64,000 nt of DNA from Negaprion brevirostris (taxonomy: Eukaryota), in NCBI GenBank assembly GCA_030324005.1, contig JARDVH010000132.1:99358962-99422961 (forward strand), given 5' to 3'. Positions 63,531 through 64,000 of the stretch are shown in pieces. A program made the translations under genes and the position numbers. Position 1 is the first letter of the stretch; each line of letters opens with the position of its first letter. The notes below the pieces were generated by a model. The model did not search any database. It was not told where the DNA came from and was given only the letters and a program-made list of their open reading frames with translations.

Positions 63531-64000
63531 AAATCCATTCATCATCCCTCCTAATATCTCTTCACTTGTTGCTGATTTTTGGCTGATGGGGCTTTTGGGC
63601 AATACCTGTGAATGTTTTTGTATTGGAAGGTTGCTTATATAAATGTAAGTCATCGTCAATAATGCCACTCACTGGAAATTGGAAATGTTGATTGTAAATT
63701 GAGTTTAACATTTTGGCTAGGGTTAATATATCATACCCTCTGCATAGTCTCAGCTAACACACTGATCTGTAGCTATTAGAATTGATTTAAATTTGAGTGT
63801 AACTAATTATTACAGAATAACACCAAAGCATTCATCATACCTCTTCCTTGATTCTTTCAATGCAAGTTGTGTAAAAACTGGTTTTTGATAATATTCTGAC
63901 CAAAAATAGTAAAGAACAGATGAAGCAACGATAAGTGTAATGCAACATTTACACTTTAGTCTTATTTTTACAGCAGGTAAAATAATGAAGAAATCGATGT

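Noticed and set aside
1-64000. CRISPR arrays, operons, defence systems, other Irx paralogues, or assignment as Irx5
   Set aside because: The sequence is eukaryotic with no regularly spaced repeats and only one homeobox. The N-terminus, GISLHVD exon start and VQPYL end fit Irx2 rather than Irx5.

Overview
Vertebrate genomic DNA, most likely from a shark or other elasmobranch (inferred from HE1/V-SINE-like elements and the LINE and Penelope-type relics). It is a draft scaffold with many N gaps. The only protein-coding gene I can support is a complete Iroquois-class TALE homeobox gene, Irx2, on the + strand. It has four coding exons (16513-16749, 17646-18054, 18640-19323, 19587-19630) giving 1374 nt and 457 aa. 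The gene sits in a ~20 kb CpG-retaining, nearly transposon-free domain (~9.3-29 kb). The flanking gene desert carries candidate conserved enhancers plus SINEs, CR1/L2/Rex1-type LINE relics, Penelope-derived hairpins, a Tigger/pogo derivative, Harbinger-type MITEs and a miniature LTR retrotransposon. There are no CRISPR arrays, rRNA genes or true tRNA genes, and I found no convincing novel coding system. The best observations are: a candidate 3'UTR intron with an AG|GT ratchet-like site in Irx2; a two-donor templated insertion inside a SINE; a ~1 kb TRIM-like LTR element; a SINE whose 3' end matches the Rex1 LINE end; and a ~160 bp inverted duplication. Repeat family names and conservation calls are by eye and from recall, not from database searches.
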